The translations under genes were made by a program, and so were the position numbers. A DNA stretch of 55,891 nt, the filler included, from Platydemus manokwari (taxonomy: Eukaryota), in NCBI GenBank assembly GCA_037951405.1. It is 5 parts of 5 records of this genome, joined end to end, with 100 filler letters (N's around TTAATTAATTAA, not from the genome) between each part and the next. Parts side by side here need not be neighbours in the genome. Positions count along the whole stretch, not along the records: positions 42,973 to 55,891 come from JBBMOY011908052.1; 4 more parts are not named here. One strand, written 5' to 3'. Shown piece by piece: positions 48,801 to 55,891 of this stretch. The notes below the pieces were generated by a model that ran no database searches, was not told the DNA's origin, and worked only from the letters and a program-made list of their open reading frames with translations. The first letter of the stretch is position 1. Every line of letters begins with the position of its first letter.

Positions 48801-51800
48801 ATCATTTTACAATCGTTTAATATTGTTCACTGCTGAGTAGACCAAGCGCCATTTGTTTACTTCTATTAGCTGGATATATTTTCACTCCATTGCATGAAAC
48901 CAATGTTTATTATTCAAGTCTCTCAAAAACTAAATTTATTTATTCAAATCTATTTTGGACTTTTATTTAGTAAACAAATGACATCATTGGTTTATTTCTT
49001 GTAAATAAATTCAGACTTTATTGTTAATAATCAATTTTGTTTTTATCTCTTGTCTCAAAATAATAAATCTAGATTAATCAATATTTTTGATTTATATAAG
49101 ATGATTGGATGAAATTATCGAAAAATATAAATTATTGTTTGATATTTATTCAGATCCATTAATTTATCATATATTTATCGATTCAGCAAATTGTTTTGAA
49201 GAACTAATATTCGCTTAAAAGATATTTAATCGGGAGATCGTATTTTACATTTAATAGGTTAATTTCGATAATTAAATTTACGTATTTGATTCTCCTGTTG
49301 CAATAGCTTAAAATTTGGAGATTACCGTTTTTATTAATAAATATAATTTTTGTCCTACATTAAGGAGCAAGTGGATTTGTTATTGTCTTTCAACATACTG
49401 TTTTAAGTGAAACCATTAAATTAAATTAATTTTTCTTATTAATTTTTGATATTTTAAGTACGGATTAATTTCGACGAAGCTAATTTTCACCTTTTTCGAA
49501 CAAACAATTAGCAATGTTCAATTGTAATATTTTTTCGTTTTAAGTTATTGTTCTAAGATATGTTTTATTCGCTGAGGATATAAGTTTGAAGGTATGTTTA
49601 ATTTTTATGAAATTATTTTGAGATTTGTTTCGCGGACATCAAGAGTGCTTTTTGGAAGTACATTATATATATAGTTAAATATAATTTAGTGTCTTGACTG
49701 TTCAGTTAGTTTCTTAAATACTAGCGAATTACACGGGGATCGCGCATTTGGATTCGATTCTGAGAATGTCTATAATAAAACAGTACAATAAAGAATGGGG
49801 AAGATATGGACAAAATTTAAAGTACATAGAAGAGATTGAAATTTTTTATATAGATAAATATTCAGAGAAATTGATTCTGAGGTAATTAAGAGAATATATT
49901 AAATCAAAAATTTTAAAGAAATGGGATGTGAGAATTTGAAAATGATGACGGTTATTTTTAAAAATATCAACTTGTTTAATTAACTTTAGTTAAATATAAT
50001 TTGGAGCTGTGATTTTTCGGTTAGTTTAGAATGCGTCATTAAATATTAGGGGCTTACATAAGCAATGACCTTAACCGATTATATAAAAATTTATATATTT
50101 TTTGAAAGATAGAACTTATTATTTTATGAGAAAATTGACATTCCTACTGAAATCTGAACCTGAGAGATAGACAGCATAATCTCCATCTATCACTATTTTA
50201 TTTCTCCTTCTCGATATATATAAGTACACCATTTTCATCAATTTTATATTTTACGTTCGATTTGATTGGTCTCTTTATTTTTCAAATTGTCATCGATTAA
50301 TTGTTTTCCAGTCCTTGGAATATTAATTTAGATATAAATTCATTCCATTTCATTTTATTAGGTCATTAATAATAGGTTATTATAATCAAGAATTATAATT
50401 TTATTAATTTTAGTGAAAATAAAAATTACGAAAATTTATTCTTAATTATAATCTAATCTAAGAATTCGAAATTATAAGTGACAAATTGTCAAGAATTGAA
50501 ATTGGAAAGAGAATAATGTTTGAATTTTATAAAATTAATAAGGTTATAATCTCCTTATTCTCTTTATTAATGTAGTACGTTGAAAAATTCTTTCCAGCTT
50601 TTCAAAATTTGTAACTATCCATCACCTGGTATCGATGTGTAGTAGACATTAATTAATGATTACTATCGATTCTTGTGGACTCATTAATGATTCAACTTTC
50701 TATTGTGTTTTCATAGAAATGTGTATACCGATCTACTCCTCTATACAATTGCTGGTAATTGCTATGCTGCACAAATCTCATGGTAGCCTTTCGGTGATAA
50801 TGACATTGCCTATCATTGTGAAGGAAATATTCATCAAGTTGATTGAAAAAGATGAGTAGGATAAAATTATTTAAACATGATGACCTGACTTTTACACGTA
50901 AATCGTAAAATATAAAATTTTGAAAAATTGCAGAACAAACTTGAATAAAATTAATAATATCGAAAAATTTGATATTGTCACGAAAGCCACACCATGTCTT
51001 TCCGGAAAAAGCCGGAGGAGTCTGTATCAGTTTTCCAACAGAAGCTGTGGTTTAAAACCCCGCTTTATTTCTGTTCTAAACTATAGAATGCCATTAGTAT
51101 TTCCTTTTTTTTATATTGTCATTTTGAACTATATTCAAAACAAGTTTTGATCAATAGAAGTTGTAATCAGGTTTCTTATCAGTTTATGGTCGAAGTTTCA
51201 TGTAGTATTTCTATATATAATATGATCTGGTTTCAAATAAACCCACAATGCTGTGTACAGCTCCTGGTAATTTTGATGAATAATTTAATTTAGGAAGCTT
51301 TCAGTCAATCAAATTCTTATTCGTTACAAAATGGGAAACTGTTACATTCTGTAAAGTAGTTTAGCGGTTTGTGAATTCCTCTGATTATGTTTGGACTTTT
51401 CCAAAAAAATCTCAAACTTTATAACGATTTTAAGATTATAAAAATCTCTTTGTTGAGGGAAAATGGATCACATATGCGTGATGAAAAATATTACTGGGTG
51501 ATCTTAGAGTTTCGTTTGTAGTTATTGAAAGCGGTATTTATCAACTTCACAGAAAATTCGAGTTAAAGTCGAATCTTTAGTTATTCTAATTGAAAAATAA
51601 AATATTATATATATAATGAGATCCTGGCATAATAATAATAATAGATACTCACATTGACGAGATCAGTAATAAGAAAATTAGGTGATGTTTCGCGACCAGA
51701 TGCTGAGTGATTGTGAATGTGAGTGAAATGATTGTGTGTTGGAATGCACCAGTCAACGAATTATGAAAGGATAGATTAGATATGGTTTCCAACATGAATG

Positions 51801-53248
51801 AGTTAAAAGGCCTACTTGTTGGAATTGTCAGTAATTCAATTAGGAAATCCTCTTAATATTAGACATAGTTCCATTTTTCTGCAAAGCATACTTAATATGG
51901 TCTATCGGAGCTGATATTTTGAAATCAATTTGAAGATTTTATTGAATTTTTGTGATTTATTTTAAAATTAATTGATTAAAAAAATTAATCAGTAAATATT
52001 TATCTTATAATTTTTTAAATTAATATTATCAGAAAAATTATTAAATTTTTTTTACATTTCTTTGTTCTAATTTAAGACCTTCATTGAATTTAAAAATCCA
52101 AATTAATGTTAAGATAAATCATTTTTTATTAACCGGTTCTTATACGCTTAATGTGTTACAACTGGCTTATGGGTTGGAATCCTCTTTCAAAATTAAAATT
52201 TCGAAATGAATGAATTTAACCAGTGAGAATATCCATGGCTATCGATGTTGAACTCCAACCTTACATGAATTTCAAACTAACATAGATCGGATCATAACAA
52301 CCTGTTGAAGAAATAAGACGGTTTCGATGCAATGCATAAGAAAACTTAATTTTGATGATAAAATAAGGTTTTAAAATCAATTGAGATTCTTTTTTATTTA
52401 AATGGAGATTTTTGAGTTTTTGTCACAGAAGAATCATCTGTTATTTGAATGATTCAAGGTGAATCATGTTTTCTGTGAAACTGCTCATTGAATGTCCTTA
52501 AACTGTGTCATGTACTTAATTGTAGAAAATATTTAATATATTTATTTGCATTTATCATTGATTTTGAATCACTCAATCATTGATTGCCGATAATAATGAT
52601 ACTCTGTGCTGTGGAACCGGAGGAGAAAGGTGGACTAGTAAGAATTTTCGGAACTGGAACATAAATATTGAAAGATTAAATGAACCAAACATAATATTTT
52701 TTGAAATTATTTAATGTTGAAATTAATTATTAAAATTATAATAGCTTCAACATTAATTTCATTTAAAACAAAATAAATATAATTGAACTCAATATTATCT
52801 GAAATATATAAATATTTTTGATACAAAATGATTTTTCTATGTCATAAAGTCAAAGTCGGGAACACTATCATTTTCTGCCAACTACCCATGTAAAATTCCA
52901 TGTTCTTTGTATATACAGATTATAATTTTCCTAGTTTTATTATTTTTTACATTTTCTTAATTCTTTTTTTATGTTTTTTTTTAATTTTCTTTTCAGATCT
53001 GGGATACGGCAGGTCAAGAACGATTCCACACAATTACCATGTCATATTATAGAGGAGCAATGGGCATCATGCTCGTTTATGATGTTACCAATAAAAAAAG
53101 CTTTGACAATATCAGCAAGTGGCTAGCTAATATAAAATCTCATGCATCTGAATCAGTGGAGAAATTGATTGTCGCGAACAAAATCGATATGGATGAGAAA
53201 CGAGTTGTCACTAAAGAAGTCGGTGAAAGCATAGCAACTTCTAATAAA
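45865..53248 (+). CDS. RAB10: Rab10 small GTPase, exons 1-2 (45865-46047, 52997-53248); 3' exon(s) not in window
   Basis: [24 protein letters not shown]...[10 protein letters not shown]...KLQ|[29 protein letters not shown]...ANKID. MAKK.YDLLF and FHTIT.SYY discriminate Rab10 from Rab8 (FRTITTAYY). Phase-0 GT-AG intron of 6.9 kb. The ETSAK exon was not found. Confidence 0.92.
48266..48715 (+). mobile_element. Internally deleted Merlin (IS1595/ISXO2-like) transposon in Rab10 intron 1
   Basis: 48407-48609 reads [49 protein letters not shown]...HIAFQYP, matching the ISXO2/Merlin motif FV.P.TG.HTQ.IES.W...K...G...L.S.L.EF.WR. Inverted ends AAGAATGTCCTCC / GGAGAGGAGATTCTT. Confidence 0.75.
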
Positions 53249-53650
53249 GTGAGGACTTGTGTTATTTTATTAATAATGCATTGATAAATGTGTTGGGATT
53301 TCCATTACGCCGTTATTTGATAATGAATGAGCTTGAAGTTTTAGTTTCTACAGTTTCGATTAAAAATGGGGAAAATTTTAGTTGTCTTATAAAACAATCC
53401 ATGAAACAGGGACTGTTAAATTTGGGCTGGGCCAATTTTTGACGATTTGAAATATTCGACATGGGCTCATTGGGTGACTGATTCCGTCAAGAATTGATTT
53501 GAAAACACAGTTGTCAAAATATTGATTTTAATACATTAATGTCAAATAATAATTTAATAATAAATGATTCAATTCACGTACAATGATACAATTTCGATAT
53601 TTTTAATTAAAGCGTGTCTAAAAATAAATCTTTATACTTTGTTTATGTTC

Positions 53651-53664
53651 GTTGCCATGACAAC
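53651..53664. promoter_or_regulatory. RFX X-box-like palindrome in Rab10 intron 2
   Basis: GTTGCC AT GACAAC fits the GTHNYY-AT-RRNAAC consensus fully. Confidence 0.4.
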
Positions 53665-54716
53665 AAATTAATGTCAATGACGGGGGACAAACAGTTATTT
53701 GTCGCCGTTTCTTTATTGTTTCAATGAAATATTCATCAATTTGTAAATATTTTTAATGATATTTCTCATGAATAATAATTTAATAATAATTGATTCGATT
53801 TAATAAAAATTAATGAGCATGAATAATTATCAATCAAATCAACAATGAAAAGTGAATAATTGTAAAATATGATTTGTGATTCATATCACACCAGAAATTT
53901 GATTGTCAGAAACCAAAAATGGATTGATTAGATAAATTGTGTACCACATCTTTGGTTGTACATACACCATACACATCAATGTTAGTGTTGACAAATTAAA
54001 TTGATTTTATCGATTATTTACATAATTATTTTAAAATTTACTGAATCTGATCTTGTTCAATCAACAGTAGTGATCTTATTATTTACCTAACTATGGATGT
54101 TTATATTGGAATGATACACAAATATTCCATATCAATTGATCTAAACTGTTTTCAATTTGTTTCTAGTCTCATAAAAGAATACTTGTTCTCTAATCAGAAA
54201 ATATGATATATCCTATATGGCAGAGTCAGTTTGTTGTGGATCTCTTTGTGATTAATCGCTGTAATTTGTCTCGATTATTCGGAATTACAAAATATCCATT
54301 TGCAACTTGCTGAGCTACTTGTTTTTTTTCTTTATCATGAAATAGGGAAAAAAACGAAGATTCGTTTTATTTTCTCAATTCAACTCAATTAATTAAGAAA
54401 TAATTATATCATTTTATAGCCTGCGTAAAAAGTAATGAAAATATTTGTTGGAATTGTGAAATGGATCTCTTGCGAAATTATTCTCTATTAAAAATAAATA
54501 AATAAAGATAAACAAGTATAATATAAATTTAATTTATTATGTGTCACATTACAATATAGACGTGTTGGTTCTTTTTAATAAATAAATAAAACAATGGAAA
54601 TAAAAATAGTTTTTTAAATAAAATCTGAAAAAAAAAGAATCTAAAATTTTGCAACGTGATTTTTTAATGTTAAATTGGATATTGGAATACAAAAATCTAT
54701 TTTGAAAACATTTCTT

Positions 54717-55323
54717 GGCTTAAGCTAAGAAAGGGGTTCTTTGACTTACATTCGTTATGATGAATTTTCGCGCATGGGATAGTTTTATAAATAAATTTTA
54801 CATATATTGCGATCTTTGATTTATTTGTATAATTCAGTTAATATCTCACTTTTTAGGACGTCCAATAGGGACAAAACCTAGTTTCAAAAGCAAGTTCCTA
54901 TTCTAATCACAACACTTCTATATGATTATTTGAGTTTTTAAAATTAAACTTTTATAATTATAAATAGAGTTAGTTAATTACAGACATATTTAATAATATC
55001 ATTGCTTATTTTTATAAAATAATTGTAAAAATCAACAGTATATCGCAAATAGCTTCTAATGTTAAAAAAGTGGTGCTCGCTAATTTTCAATAAATTGTAA
55101 TTCGACCTACTTTGATCTCTTTCAAATCATCAAAATTTAGGAGATTTTGAAGCTCTAGTGTATTTAATATTTGATTTCAAACAACTAAAATTCTTCTTAA
55201 GTACTTAAAATAAAAAATTCGACATGTTTTTAAAGAATATTATTAAATAAACTATATATATTTTTTGAAATACACTCAACAAATTTAAATTTTATTTTAG
55301 AAGTTTTTACCTTAACTTTAGCC
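54717..55323. mobile_element. Non-autonomous TIR element, copy 2 (longer)
   Basis: Ends GGCTTAAGCTAAG / CTTAACTTTAGCC. The 8-bp flanks CATTTCTT/GATTTCTC match at 6 of 8 positions. Shares blocks such as ggggttctttgac, attcgacctactt and agctctagtgta with 38642-39017. Confidence 0.65.
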
Positions 55324-55891
55324 GATTTCTCTTCAAACCCCTCCAATTTTTAAGTTTTTTGTGTGGGTTATGATAGATCAGTTTCGTGGTTATTTCTACT
55401 CATCCCTGCCGGACAAGACTTCAAATGAATTATTTGCTTATTCGAATCCACAACAACTCCAATCATTCTATTTGCATTTTAGTTTTATGGGAACATATCA
55501 ATGACAGGCTTTATTAAAAATACATAAAATTTGTTATTTGTCACATTATATAATGCGTGATTTAAATAACCGAAATCATCTCTTAAATTACACGAGATAT
55601 TCAGAAGTATTTTTAGAATGGATACTGACTGTGAATACATGGTAAAATTAATAAAAAATATAAATAATACAAATGCATCCATCGCAAGAACAATATTCAT
55701 TCCTCAATAACTCGTTCAGATGAGTGAAATAAGAAAAGGCCGACATTGTTTAAGATCATGATTAATCGGTTTGGTTGTATGAGAATGAGTACGTTAAGAA
55801 TTACGAAAACGTACGAAAGATTCGTGTCGAGCTTTGTTATAATATTCCATAACACTTTATTAATTGTTTCTATCCGAATTAGGGCATCTCT

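Noticed and set aside
50560-51500. Less AT-rich stretch in Rab10 intron 1 with two short ORFs
   Set aside because: Probably old transposon sequence, but I could not read any recognisable motif in the frames I translated.
390-53248. Idea of a split LRRK pathway cluster (Roco lacking a kinase, a separate kinase, and the LRRK substrate Rab10)
   Set aside because: The kinase is PIM/CAMK-like rather than TKL, Rab10 is more than 36 kb and five gaps away, and the Roco 3' end is unknown. Co-location is most simply chance.

Overview
Very AT-rich animal (metazoan) nuclear DNA with short (about 45-60 nt) and long GT-AG introns. The style is planarian-like, but the taxon is my inference. The window is a scaffold of six contigs separated by five N gaps, four of which carry an artificial TTAATTAATTAA linker. 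Genes supported from the sequence: a minus-strand LRR-ROC-COR (Roco/MFHAS1-like) protein whose GTPase motifs are degenerate; a complete 9-exon DDX54/DBP10 helicase head-to-head with it; an intronless, motif-altered PIM/CAMK-like kinase directly behind a ~153-bp CCAAT-bearing tandem array; an intronless 117-aa orphan with a MADF/Myb-SANT-like pattern next to a solo LTR; the last exon of a Fez-family zinc-finger gene; eight exons of an M13 (neprilysin-family) gene largely missed by the ORF track; a small, probably secreted EB-module protein also missed by the track; and the first two exons of Rab10. Transposon debris is diverse: a Ty3/Gypsy element with ~105-bp LTRs, Tigger/pogo, a hAT MITE, two hAT transposase tails, Merlin/ISXO2, LINE fragments and a two-copy MITE. 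I cannot demonstrate a new multi-gene system. The best leads are the repeat-array plus atypical kinase cassette, the pseudo-GTPase Roco protein, and the LTR-adjacent MADF-like orphan.
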